From positions 12,028,001-12,092,000 of the forward strand of contig OX597827.1 of NCBI GenBank assembly GCA_951406725.2: 64,000 nucleotides of DNA, given 5' to 3'. The position numbers and the translations under genes are program-made. Positions 24,069 to 36,975 of the stretch are shown here, one piece after another. Origin of the DNA: Octopus vulgaris. Taxonomy: Eukaryota. The notes beneath the pieces are model-generated. The model was given only the letters and a program-made list of their open reading frames with translations. It was not told the origin of the DNA and made no database searches. Numbering within the stretch: the stretch's first letter is position 1; every line of letters starts with the position of its first letter.

Positions 24069-24816
24069 TTAATATATATCTATATACAGAACACAATCTG
24101 TCCTTATAATTTCGAATAGGGGAAGTTGTATATATACATATATATATGTGTGTGTGTGTGTGTTTATATGTATATAGATAGATAGATACATAGTAAGACA
24201 CTCTCACACAAGCACACACAGCCTATTTAAGGTCTGATTTCTAGAACAGAAACAGAAATAGATTGAGTCCATCGTGTCCTTAAATAATTCTAATGAACTA
24301 GATTACTTTTAAGTTTCTATTAATTTTAAATGAAAATTAGGTTGTAAATAACTAATTTTTACATTAACTTCTATATGAAGTTACTGTTTGTATTTCAATT
24401 TAGGAAAACGATTTTTTTTTTATTTACATAAGACTGTGTTGGCTGGTTTGAATTCAAACATGAATGCTTTAAAATAATGAGGTAATCTCTGTTGGTATCA
24501 AGAAATTTAAATGGAATACAGTACATTACTGGATTGTAATAACTGGAAAAAAATTTATTTTTAAAAAGATTGATCTTAGCTTGGTTTTCATGTCAAAATA
24601 CTAAAGCAACTAAAACTAGATATATAAAGAATCCATCTCCGTACTATAGGCTGCATGTGTGTAATTTCTGTCTGTGCAAGAACAGATAAGAACAATAAAC
24701 AACAATAAAAATGAGAGATGAATTATGTGAGAGAAAAGGGGAATAAGTTGAGAGGAGGAGGTCTGATATGTAGTGGGCAACAAAGGATAGGGAGAGGCAG
24801 GTATTAGTAACAGCTA

Positions 24817-25035
24817 AGGCAGCGAGCTGGCAGAAACGTTAGCACGCCGGGCGAAATGCTTAGAGGTATTTTGTTGTGAGTTCAAATTCTGCCGAGGTCG
24901 ACTTTGCCTTTCATCCTTTCGGGGTCGATAAATTAAGTACCAGTTACGAACTGGGATCGATGTAATCGACTTAATACCTATGTCTGTCTTTGTTTGTTCC
25001 CTCTGTGTTTAGCCCCTTGTGGGTAATAAAGAAAT
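24817..25035 (+). mobile_element. SINE family B, 18-bp TSD
   Basis: TSD AGGTATTAGTAACAGCTA at 24799-24816 and 25036-25053. Confidence 0.92.
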
Positions 25036-25639
25036 AGGTATTAGTAACAGCTACTAAGGGATAGAAATTTGGTAATAAGAAAATCATAGTTTTCTCATAT
25101 TTACTTCACTCTCCCCCTCTCTCCCTTCCCTCTCACCCTCTCTCTCTCCCTCTCTCTCCCTCTCTCCCTTCCCTCTCCACCCTCTCTCTCCCTTCCCTCT
25201 CCCCCTCTCTCTCTCCCTCTCTCGCTTTCTCTCTTATGTTATTTTATTTTTATCTTTATTTCTTGAAGAATTGGCATTGTTAAATTTTTTTCACTTCCTG
25301 TCACTTTGACATTCTTCCTTTGTCAGAAATCAGATGAAAGCAGTTAACATTAGATCTTCCTTTCAATATCAAATACAAGAAGAATTTTTTTGCCTTTGAG
25401 AGAGATTTATATGAAAGCAAAGTTGTTGCCCTTGAAATCATTTAAAGCCTTTGACCAAGTCTAGCATGAAACGTTTCTTGTAAACTCGCTCACTGATATG
25501 CACCATTCACCTCAAAGGCTCATTGATTAATACTTTTCTTTCAAAGCATCCATCTATATTGTCTATATTTCACTGATACACAGCTATTTCTCACACTAAC
25601 CACCAACACATATGGATGATTTATTACTACACAGACCAA

Positions 25640-26240
25640 GCAGTTACATGTCATTCACTACCATAGAGCCACCACAAACTCACCACCCTTCTACACTGCC
25701 ATACATCTACTGCTCACTGACCACATATCTACACTGCCATACAGTTACTGCTCACTGACCACATGCCTACACTGCCATACAGCCACCACAAACTCACCAC
25801 ACTTCTATACAGCCATACAGTCAGCACACTCTGACCACCCACCTACACTGCCATACATCTACTGCTCACTGACCACATACCTACACTGCCATACATCTAC
25901 TGCTCACTGACCACATACCTACACTGCCATACATCTACTGCTCACTCACCACCCACCTACACTGCCATGCATCTACCACTCACTGACCACATAGCTACAC
26001 TGCCATACATTCACCATACTTGGATCACCCACCTGCACTGCCATACAGTCATTATTCACTGACCACCCACTTATACTGTCGTACATTCACCACTTAATGA
26101 CCACACACATACACAGCTATACAATCACCACAGACTGACCACCCAACTACATGGTCATACAGTTACCAACACTGACCATCCACCTACACAGCTATACACA
26201 TTCATCAGTCACTGACCACCTACCTACTCGGCCATACCCA
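25640..26240. repeat. 38-bp minisatellite, about 15 diverged units
   Basis: Unit CTACACTGCCATACATCTACTGCTCACTGACCACATAC; consecutive units start at 25691 and 25729. Confidence 0.9.
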
Positions 26241-26496
26241 CATACAAACTGTCCTACTACAATCTCATATAATAAAGTGCAATGTGTGGCCTGGTCATCA
26301 TGCTAGAGGGGAAAAAAGAGTTAAACAACGAATGGAGTGGGAGTGAGTGACAGTCAGAGGGGCCGAAGCAGATGGACAGCTTTCAAAAGTTTTGCTCTGA
26401 AGATGTTTTAATCGACGTTTTAATCAAAATAAAACTGAAACTTTTAATCATATATTGTATTTAGTTTATCAGTTTCAGGTACAACAGCAACATCAG

Positions 26497-26690
26497 CGGA
26501 GGTGCAATGGCCCAGTGGTTAGGGCAGCGGACTCGCGGTTGTAAGAGCATGGTTTCGATTCCCAGACCAGGCATTGTGAGTGTTTATTGAGCAAAACCAC
26601 CTAAGCTCCATGAGGCTTCAGCGGAAGTGGACGTGAACCCCGCTGTATTCATTCACCACAACTTACTCACACTCTTTCTTCCTATTTTTT
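26497..26690 (+). mobile_element. OR-type SINE, 5' half
   Basis: Head matches the reverse complement of 13360-13550. Confidence 0.8.
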
Positions 26691-26945
26691 CCACAAAGCA
26701 GAGGAACCATGGTGTAACCCACTATGGTATGCTAAACTTTCAGACCCTAGTCTAGATTGCGAATCCTCTGTACCCCAGGATGGTTCAGCTTTCCACCCGT
26801 TAAAAGCCAGCGTTTATGGAATGAGGATAACAACGTAGCTTTTGCAACCACCAGTCTGTCGCGTTGCCGCACGCATTCTTGGTAGGCTTAGAGTAGGCTC
26901 CAATTAGAGATTATTCTTTGTGGCTAATGGCATGAGTCCTGACTG

Positions 26946-27180
26946 GAAGAAGAAGAAGAAGAAGAAGAAGAAGAAGAAGAAGAAGGGGGAGGAGGAGGAG
27001 GAGGGAAGGAGGAGGAGGAGAAGGAGGAGGAGGAGAAGAAGAAGGAGGAGGAGGAGAAGAAGAAGGAGGAGGAGGAGGAGGAGCAGCAGCAGGAGGAGAA
27101 GGAGCAGGGGCAGAAGAAGAAGAAGAAGAAGGAGGAGGAGCAGGAGAAGAAGAAGAAGAAGCAGACAGCAGCACCAGGAA
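26946..27180. repeat. (GAA/GGA)n microsatellite
   Basis: Direct reading. Confidence 0.95.
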
Positions 27181-27224
27181 CAGTAGCGAATTAGCAGTTT
27201 AGCAAAAGAGACCAATAGAATAAG

Positions 27225-27507
27225 TAACAGTTATGCACTGGGGTCGATGTAATCGACTTAATCCGTTTGTCTGTCCTTGTTTGTCCCCTCTGTATTTAAC
27301 CCCTTGTGGGTAGTAAAGAAATAGGTATTTCGTCTGTCACTACGTTGTGAGTTCAAATTCCACCGAGGTCGACTTTGCATTTCATCCTTTCGGGGTCGAT
27401 AAATTAAGTACCAGTTATGCACTGGGGTCGATGTGATCGACTTAATCCATTTGTCTGTCCTTGTTTGTCCCCTCTGCGTTTAGCCCCTTGTGGGTAGTAA
27501 AGAAATA
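27225..27507 (+). mobile_element. Two tandem partial SINE family B copies
   Basis: Junction AAAGAAATA|GGTATTTCGTCTG at ~27323. Confidence 0.88.
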
Positions 27508-27519
27508 AATATATATGAC

Positions 27520-27857
27520 AACAGTAGTAATAGCAGCAGCAGTAATTTTGGCAATATATACAGCAGCAGCAGAGATAGCAGCAGCAGCAGCAGCAGAGAT
27601 AGCAGCAGCAGCAGCAGCTGTAACTTTAGTTATATACGACAGCAGCAGTAACAGCAGCAACTGTAACTTTGGCAATATATACAGCAGCAGCAGAGACAGC
27701 AGCAGCACTAACAGCAGTCATAGTAACAACAGAAGTAGTAATAACAACAACAATAACAATAGCACCAACAGCAACAGTAGCAGTAAGAGAAGTAGTAGTA
27801 GTGGAGGCGGTGGTGGTGGTGGTGGTGGTGGTTTTGGTGGTGGTGATGGTAGTAGTA

Positions 27858-27948
<91 letters not shown>

Positions 27949-27970
27949 AAGTAGTAGTAGTAGTAGCAGC

Positions 27971-28052
<82 letters not shown>

Positions 28053-28069
28053 AGTGTAGTAGTAATATT

Positions 28070-28145
<76 letters not shown>

Positions 28146-28245
28146 TAGTAGTAACAGCAGCAACACAAACAAGTCAGGACACTAGCAACAACAACAAAAA
28201 CAAAAATAGCAGCATCGAAAGTGAAAGTAGTAGCAGCAGTGAATA
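27520..28245. repeat. (AGC)n/(AGT)n compound microsatellite
   Basis: Direct reading. Confidence 0.95.
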
Positions 28246-28249
28246 TTGG

Positions 28250-29733
28250 CAACTGCAATAAGAGGGAACAACATGAGTGACAGTGGGAGTGTTAGTAGGG
28301 TCAACATCACTAATGGGGGTAACAACATCCAAAAGGACAATATAAACAATGGCAGGGCTAGCAGCAGTGAAGACAGCAATAGTAGTAGGGTCAACATCAA
28401 CAAGATTGGAGACATTAGTGGGAACAATATGAGTGGTAGTAGGGCTAACGGTAGTGAGAACAATAATAGCAGGGTCAACATCAACATAACTTGAGATAGT
28501 AGTTAGAATACCCATTAGCAAAAGTAGGGCTAACTGCAGTGAGAACAGTAATGGCAGGTTCAACACTGACAAAACTGGAGACGTTAGCGGGAACACTATT
28601 AGCAAAGTAGGGCTAACAGCAGGGTCAAAATCGACAAAACTGGAGACATTAATGGGGACACCATTAGCAACAGCTAAGACTAACAGCAGTGAGAATAATA
28701 ATAGCTGGGTCAAGATTGACAAAACTGGAGACATTAGTGGAAACATCATTAGCAACAGGAGAGCTAACATCAAGGAGAACAATAATAGCAGGGTCAACAT
28801 CAGCAAAACTGGAGATATTAGTGGAAACAACATTAGCAACAGTAGGGATAATTGCAGTAAAAACAATGTAGGAAGGTCAACATCAACAAAACTGGAGACA
28901 TTAGTGGGAACATCATTAGTAATAGAAGGGCTAACAGCTGTGAGAACAATAATAGCAGGATCAACATCATCGAAGCTGGATGTTAGTGGGAACACTATTA
29001 GCAAAGTAGGGCTAGTAGCATGGGTAACATCAAAAAAACTGGAGACATTAATAGGGACACCATTAGCAACAGCTGGGCTAACAGCAGTGAGAACAATAAT
29101 AGCTGGGTCGAGATTGATAAAACTGGAGACATTAGTGGCAACACCATTAGCAACAGTAGGGCTAATGTCAAGGAGAACAATAATAGCAGGGTCAACATCA
29201 ACAAAACTGGAGATATTAGTGGAAACAACATTAGAAGCAGTAGGGATAATGGCAGTGAAAGCAATGTAGCAAGGTCAACATCAACAAAACTGGGAACATT
29301 AGTGGGAACACTATTAGCAAATTAGGGCTAGTAGCATGAGCAACATCAACAAAACTGGGGACATTAATGGGACACCATTAGCAACAACTGGATTAACAGT
29401 AATAGCTAGTTCAAGATTGACAAAACTGGAGACATTAGTGGCAACATCAACAACAGTAGGGCTAACATCAAGGAGAACAATAATAGCAGGGTCAACGTCA
29501 ACAAAACTGGAAACATTAGTGGGAACAACATTAGTAATGGATGGGCTAACAGCTGTAAAAACAATATTAGCAGGATCAACATCATCAAAACAGGCAACAT
29601 TAGTGGGGACATCATTAGGAATTAAAGGGCTAACAGTAGCGAGAATATTAATAGTGTGGTCAGTATCAAGAGCAGAGAGGACATTAGTGGGAATAGCATT
29701 AGCAAGGACAACATTAGTAACAATAATGCTAAC
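28250..29733. repeat. ~84-bp minisatellite, diverged, with partial units
   Basis: GGGTCAACATCAACAAAACTGGAGACATTAGTGGGAACA...GAACAATAATAGCA; the anchor recurs at 28388 and 28472. Confidence 0.9.
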
Positions 29734-30142
29734 CAGGAGTGGATGTGTGGTAAGTAGCTTGCTAACCAACCACATGGTTCCGGGTTCAGTCCCACTGCGT
29801 GGCACCTTGGGTGAGTGTCTTCTGCTATAGCCCCGGGCCGACCAATGCCTTGTGAGTGGATTTGGTAGACGGAAACTGAAAGAAGCCCGTCGTATATATG
29901 TATATATGTATGTGTGTGCGTGTATGTTTGTGTGTCTGTGTTTGTCCCCCAAGCATTGCTTGACAACCGATGCTGGTGTGTTTATGTCCCCGTAACTTAG
30001 CGGTTCGGCAAAAGAGACCGATAGAATAAGTACTGGGCTTACAAAAGAATAAGTCCTGGGGTCGAGTTGCTCGACTAAAGGCGGTGCTCCAGCATGGCCC
30101 CAGTCAAATGACTGAAACAAGTAAAAGAGTAAAAGAGAGAGA
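29734..30142 (+). mobile_element. SINE family A
   Basis: Near full-length match. Confidence 0.92.
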
Positions 30143-30149
30143 GTTATCA

Positions 30150-31278
30150 TTTATTCTTAATTTCCTGTGAATTTTCATTTGGATGATTTTCTTGAGTGCT
30201 GAACCCCAAGCAGATCATGGGCCAAGTTCCAACAATAGTCCGCCATCATATGCAAGTACCATCTGTTTCGATACCATTGTTTTATTGATTTCATAATGGA
30301 AATGTACCTGTTCATCTCTCGTATCTCTCAGATTTTCAGAAAATTTATCAAGGTGTCTGTGGAAATGATACAAGTTTATGCTCATATTTGCTTCCAACTT
30401 TTGAAAGTTCTCTCAGCATGTTGTTGACTATTTTGACATAGTTGGCAGCTTTTTTTTTTTTGCCCAGAAAGTCATTTACAACTATTACAAATGAATTCCA
30501 TGCTGCTACGCCAATGCAATACATTGAATTCACAAAGTTCCTATCTTTCGTCAATTTTCTGATTTGTGGCCCATCAAATACTCCAGCTTTTATATTTTTC
30601 ATTGCTGAGATTGAGACATGTGCCGCAGATATATTGAAAGCATGGTCCATTTTGATCTAAAGCTTTCACGAAATTCTTCATAATTCCAAGTTTGATATAG
30701 TGGAGATAGGATGATATTTTTTTTTCCTGGTTGAACTAAAGTCTCTTCAAACATGTTTAACCCTTTAGCATTTAAACCGACCATATCCGGCCAAAAGTAT
30801 TCTGCCTGTTTTATGTTCAAACTGGCCAGATCTGGTCTCTCACACCAACCCTACAATATCGTTTCAAAAATTAACAGCTACCTCATCAAAATCTCATAGC
30901 TACAAGATAATGCATGATTAGTTCAAAACAATGTGGATAAAAAAGCATTAATTTTGGCAGAATAATGCGAACACTAAAGGGTTAAAGACCCTAGAACTAT
31001 TGTTTCACCATTCTTTGACCACACTTTTCCCCTGATTCTGCTGTCTCACATACATAAAAAACATGGATTTTTTTATCTATTCACTTTGTTACTCTGAGAA
31101 AAAACTGACCATCTTAAAGTCAGTCCGCACATATCATCCAGTGATGATTAGGGGAGTTTTGATATCTCGAAATCTAGACATGATAGTCAAAAATGGATTT
31201 CATTTTTGGATTCATCTTACCATAATACCTTTAAATCAGGTAAAAACGTTCTGACAACAAAATACCTTTTGTAATGTG
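30150..31278 (-). mobile_element. Degraded CMC/Chapaev3-like DNA transposon with transposase remnant
   Basis: IKAGVFDGPQIRKLTKD...AWNSFVIVVNDFLG..KAANY and NMSINLYHFHRHLDKFSENLRD..DEQ match this transposase family; probable terminus ...TGTG|TAA at 31278. Confidence 0.75.
30757..30985. mobile_element. piggyBac-like MITE
   Basis: TTAA|CCCTTTAG ... CTAAAGGG|TTAA; nested in the Chapaev3-like remnant. Confidence 0.85.
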
Positions 31279-31499
31279 TAACTGAAGAGTTAATATGAAT
31301 AAGAATAGGGCCAAAAGCAATAGGAATAATAAGAGGTAGTAGCAAGAAAAATGGAAGCAGTAAGAGATGGTAAAAACATAGGCAATATCAGGGTCATCTG
31401 TAACAACAACAGTGAAAACAATACCAGGTAGAACATCTGTGCAACTGTTGGACCAACAGAAAAGCAATGAGAGTAATAACTGGTAGGGTCAACAGAAAC

Positions 31500-31696
31500 A
31501 CCAGCCGTTCAAGAATTTGGACCTAGAGATCTCCATTTCCAGCGACTTTGAGGGACACCTCCCAGTGGTGTCAGGTGTCAACGAAGAGCCCTCGACTACA
31601 ACAATGCGACCAAAGTTTTTTTTTCTCCAAAGTCTGGGGTCTCCTGCCCCTAAGCCGTAGACCATCACCTAATCACCCTTACCTGTCTTGTTGCTT

Positions 31697-31733
<37 letters not shown>

Positions 31734-31740
31734 GCAACAC
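31500..31740 (+). mobile_element. Probable LINE 3' end with (CAA)n tail
   Basis: GC-richer segment ending TGTTGCTTAA(CAA)n; clade not recognised. Confidence 0.35.
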
Positions 31741-31867
31741 CAGAAGGGAATAGGTGACAAACATAGTAGCTACTGCAATAAGGATTTAAGGTACTGCTTC
31801 AACTGCAGCATCTGCAAAAGCAGTATGGGCAAATGCATTAACTGTAGCTGTGGTAAAAGCATATGGG

Positions 31868-32347
31868 TTAACCCTTTCGTTACAGTATTTATTTTGAGAT
31901 GCTCTGTGTTTCTTTCAATTATTTTAAATATAACAAAGAATTTAGTAAAATAACTTAGTTATCTTTCAGCTAGTATTAGGAACATAAACTGTGACTAAAG
32001 TTTGGTGGAAGATTTTAATTCAAAACTTATGAAAACAAGACATTTGTACTCAGAGCCAGAGCCGGTTTCAGCCAGGTTGGTATCAAAAGGGTTAAAAATT
32101 GTTTCTCTATTATATATTTTAACCCTTTTGTTACCTTATTTCTGTTGAGATGATCTGTGTTTGTTTCAATTAATTTTAAATATAACAAAGAATTAAGTAA
32201 AATAACTTAGTTATCTTTCAGTTAGTGTTAGGAACATAAATTGTGACTAAGGTTTGGTGGAAGATTTTAATTCAAAACTTATGAAAACAAGACATTTGCA
32301 CTCAGAGCCAGAGCCAGTTTCAGCCGGGTTGGTAAAGAAAGGGTTAA
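31868..32347. mobile_element. Dimeric piggyBac-like MITE (31872-32091 + spacer + 32123-32343)
   Basis: Each unit reads TTAA|CCCTTT.GTTAC...GGTA...AAAGGG|TTAA; the same dimer is at 62034-62516. Confidence 0.9.
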
Positions 32348-32576
32348 TGCATTGACTGTAGTTACAGCTGCAATAGTATTTTTACGTTGCAGCATCAACT
32401 ATGGTTGTCACAATAGTAGTATGAGCTAATGCACTAACTGTATTAGCTGCTACGAGAGAATGGAATACAGCACTGAGTGCAGCAGATGCAGTGACATTAT
32501 GGGATACGACTGCACTTACAGCATGAGTCACAGCATCCACTGCAGAAGCTGCACTAGCAGTATGAGCTATAACATC

Positions 32577-34560
32577 AACTGCACTAATAACGGCAATGAC
32601 AGTATGTGATGCAATACTGAGTGCAGCAGATGCAGAGACTGCATTGCATACAATAACAAATGCAATAACAGCATGGGGTAAGTGCAGCAGCTGCAATAGC
32701 AGTGTGTGATATAACATCAACTGCACTGATAACTGCAATGATAGTATGTGATGCAATACTGAGTGCAGCATATGCAGTGACAGCATTGCATACAATAACA
32801 ACTGCAATAAAAGCATGGGGTAACTGCAGCAGCTGCAATAGCAGTGTGTGTTATAACATCAACTGCACTGATAACTGCAATGACAGTATGTGATGCAATA
32901 CTGAGTGCAGCAGATGCAATGACGGCATTGCATACAATAACAAATGCAATAACAGCATGGGGTAACTGCAGCAGCTGCAATAGCAGTGTGTGCTATAACA
33001 TCAACTGCACTGATAACTGCAATGACAGTATGTGATGCAATACTGAGTGCAGCAGATGCAATGACAGCATTGCATACAATAACAAATGCAATAACAGCAT
33101 GGGGTAAGTGCAGCAGCTGCAATAGCAGTGTGTGCTATAACATCAACTGCACTGATAACTACAATGACAGTATGTGATGCAATACTGAGTGCAGCAGATG
33201 CAGTGACGACATTGCATACAATAACAACTGCAATAACAACATGGGTAACTGCAGCAGCTGCAATAGCAGTGTGTGCTATAACATCAACTGCACTGATAAC
33301 TGCAATGACAGTATGTGATGCAATACTGAGTGCAGCAGATGCAGTGACGACATTGCATACAATAACAACTGCAATAACAGCATGGGGTAAGTGCAGCAGC
33401 TGCAATAGCAGTGTGTGCTATAACATCAACTGCACTGATAACTACAATGACAGTATGTGATGCAATACTGAATGCAGCAGATGCAGTGACGACATTGCAT
33501 ACAATAACAACTGCAATAACAGCATGGGGTAACTGCAGCAGCTGCAATAGCAGTGTGTTATAACATCAACTGCACTGATAACTACAATGACAGTATGTGA
33601 TGCAATACTGAGTGCAGCAGATGCAGTGACGACATTGCATACAATAACAACTGCAATAACAGCATGGGGTAAGTGCAGCAGCTGCAATAGCAGTGTGTGC
33701 TATAACATCAACTGCACTGATAACTACAATGGCAGTATGTGATGCAATACTGAGTGCAGCAGATGTAGTGACGACATTGCATACAATAACAAATGCAATA
33801 ACAGCATGGGGTAAGTGCAGCAGCTGCAATAGCAGTGTGTGCTATAACATCAACTGCACTGATAACTACAATGACAGTATGTGATGCAATACTGAGTGCA
33901 GCAGATGCAGTGACGACATTGCATACAATAACAACTGCAATAACAGCATGGGGTAACTGCAGCAGCTGCAATAGAAGTGCGTGTTATAACATCAACTGCA
34001 CTGATAACTGCAATGACAGTATGTGATGCAATACTGAGTGCAGCAGATGCAGTGACAGCATTGCATACAATAACAAATGCAATAACAGCATGGGGTAACT
34101 GCAGCAGCTGCAATAGCAGTGCGTGTTATAACATGAACTGCACTGATAACTGCAATGACAGTATGTGATGCAATACTGAGTGCAGCAGATGCAGTGACAG
34201 CATTGCATACACTAACAACTGCAATAAAAGCATGGGGTAACTGCAGCAGCTGCAATAGCAGTGCGTGTTATAACATCAACTGCACTGATAACTGCAATGA
34301 CAGTATGTGATGCAATACTGAGTGCAGCAGATGCAGTGACGGCATTGCATACAATAACAACTGCAATAACAGCATGGGGTAACTGCAGCAGCTGCAATAG
34401 CAGTGCGTGATATAACATCAACTGCACTAATAACTGCAATGATAGTATGTGATGCAATACTGAGTGCAGCAGATGCAGTGACAGCATTGCATACAATAAC
34501 ACCTGCAATAACAACATGTGTAACTGCAGCAGCTGCAATAGCAGTGCGTGTTATAACATC
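32577..34560. repeat. 142-bp tandem array, 14 units
   Basis: Period shown by ORF starts 32702/32844/32986/33128; 1984 bp = 14x142 minus 4 bp of small deletions. Confidence 0.95.
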
Positions 34561-34759
34561 AACTGCAATCAGTGGCTGCAATATAAGCTGCAATCATGAG
34601 TAAAAGCTGCAACTGTAGCAATAGCAGTATTGCTAGTATGAGTTACAGCCCCAGCTGCAGCATCAGCAAAAAAAAGACAGTATAGGCTACAGCATGAATT
34701 GCATCAGTTGCAGCAAAACAGCAACTACAACAACAGCTGTATAGTCAACATCAGTTAAT

Positions 34760-34797
34760 AGAAGCAGCAGCAGCAGTAGCAGCAGCAGTGGCAGGTG

Positions 34798-34868
<71 letters not shown>

Positions 34869-34869
34869 G

Positions 34870-34932
<63 letters not shown>

Positions 34933-35026
34933 ACAACAGCAGCAGTAGTAGTAGTAGTAGTAGTGGTAGTAGTAGTAGTAGTGGCAGCAGCAGCAGCAGT
35001 ACTAGGGGTAGTTGTTGTAGTAGTAA

Positions 35027-35084
<58 letters not shown>

Positions 35085-35091
35085 GGTGGTG

Positions 35092-35133
<42 letters not shown>

Positions 35134-35160
35134 ACAACAGCAGCAGTAGTAGTAGTAGTG

Positions 35161-35200
<40 letters not shown>

Positions 35201-35232
35201 CAGCAGCAGCAGCAGTACTAGGAGTAGTTGTT

Positions 35233-35265
<33 letters not shown>

Positions 35266-35294
35266 ATGGTGGTGGTGGTGGTGGTGGTGGTGGT

Positions 35295-35336
<42 letters not shown>

Positions 35337-35364
35337 ACAACAGCAGCAGTAGTAGTAGTAGTGA

Positions 35365-35415
<51 letters not shown>

Positions 35416-35466
35416 CAGCAGCAGCAGCAGTACTAGGAGTAGTTGTTGTAGTAGTAGTAGTAGTAA

Positions 35467-35522
<56 letters not shown>

Positions 35523-35540
35523 ATGGTGGTGGTGGTGGTG

Positions 35541-35572
<32 letters not shown>

Positions 35573-35642
35573 TGTAGTAGTAGTAGTATTAGCAGTAGTA
35601 GTAACAGCAGCAGCAGCAGCAGCAGTAGTAGTAACAGTAGTA

Positions 35643-35684
<42 letters not shown>

Positions 35685-35815
35685 ACAGCAGCAGTAGTAG
35701 TAGTAGCTACATTACTTCTACTCCAGCTATTACTTTGCATTATATGTAGTAACAGAAATATTATCATCACCAGTTGTAGTAGCAGCAACAGCAACAACAA
35801 CAGCAGCAGCTGCAA

Positions 35816-35856
<41 letters not shown>

Positions 35857-35860
35857 CTAC
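34760..35860. repeat. (AGT/GGT/AGC)n compound microsatellite with higher-order blocks
   Basis: Direct reading. Confidence 0.95.
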
Positions 35861-35883
35861 GGCTATTATTACTAATACTGATA

Positions 35884-36278
35884 AGGCCGCACGCTGGCAG
35901 AACTGTTAGCACGCCGGGCAAAATGCTTAGCAGTATTTCGTCTGCTGCTACGTTCTGAGTTCAAATTCCACGGAGAGTCGACTTGGCCTTTCATCCTTTT
36001 TTTAGGAGTTGATTAAATAAGTACCAGTTACGCACTGGGGTCAATATAATCGACTTAATCCATTTGTCCTCTCTGTGTTTAGCCCCTTGTGGGTAGTAAA
36101 GAAATAGGTATTTCGTCTGCCACTACGTTCTGAGTTCAAATTCCGCAGAGAGTCGACTTGGCCTTTCATCCTTTTTTTAGGAGTTGATTAAATAAGTACC
36201 AGTTTCGCACTTGGGTCGATGTAATCGACTTAATCCCATCCCCCCCAAATTCGAGGCCTTGCGCTTCCAGTAGAATAG
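35884..36278 (+). mobile_element. Tandem SINE family B (full plus partial)
   Basis: Junction AAAGAAATA|GGTATTTCGTCTG at ~36106. Confidence 0.88.
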
Positions 36279-36279
36279 A

Positions 36280-36292
36280 TTACTATTACTTT

Positions 36293-36328
<36 letters not shown>

Positions 36329-36468
36329 CACTGCTGCTGCTGCTGCTATAACTTCTACATCTAATGCTGCTGCTACGGATTATTACTACTACTACCACTT
36401 CTACTGCTGCTGTTGCTGCTGCTAATACTACTTGTATTACTCACTACTACTACTACAACTACTACTAG

Positions 36469-36505
<37 letters not shown>

Positions 36506-36823
36506 GTTGCTGTTGATGCTGTTGCCATTGCTACTGCTAATATTACTTGCATTAGGGGTAGTAATAGTAATTTTCTCGTCATCATCATCATCATCATCAT
36601 CTTCAGTAGCAGAGGTAGTAGTAGCAACAGCAGCAGCTGCAGTAGTACTAGTAGCAACGGCAGTAGTAGTAGTAGTAGTAGTAGCAGCAGCAGCAGTAGC
36701 AGTAGTAGTAGTAGTAGTAGTAGTGGCAGCAGCGGTAGCTGCAGTATTAGTAGTAGCAACAGCAGTAGCAGCAGCAACAGCGGCAGCAGCAGTAGTAGAA
36801 GTAGCAACAGCCGCAGCAGCAGC

Positions 36824-36855
<32 letters not shown>

Positions 36856-36975
36856 CAGCAGCAGCAGCCACAGTAATAGTAGTAGTAGTAGTATTAGTAG
36901 TAGTAGTAGTAGTAGCAGCAGCAGCAGCCACAGTAATAGTAGTAGTAGTAGTATTAGTAGTAGTAGTAGTAGTTA
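36280..36975. repeat. (ACT)n then (AGT/AGC)n microsatellites
   Basis: Direct reading. Confidence 0.95.

Noticed and set aside
25640-26240. CRISPR-like array or coding repeat
   Set aside because: Contiguous 38-bp units with no unique spacers, not a multiple of 3, and eukaryotic context.
32577-34560. Ala/Thr-rich antifreeze-like or Cys-rich repeat protein gene
   Set aside because: The 142-bp period shifts frame and introduces stops in nearly every unit.
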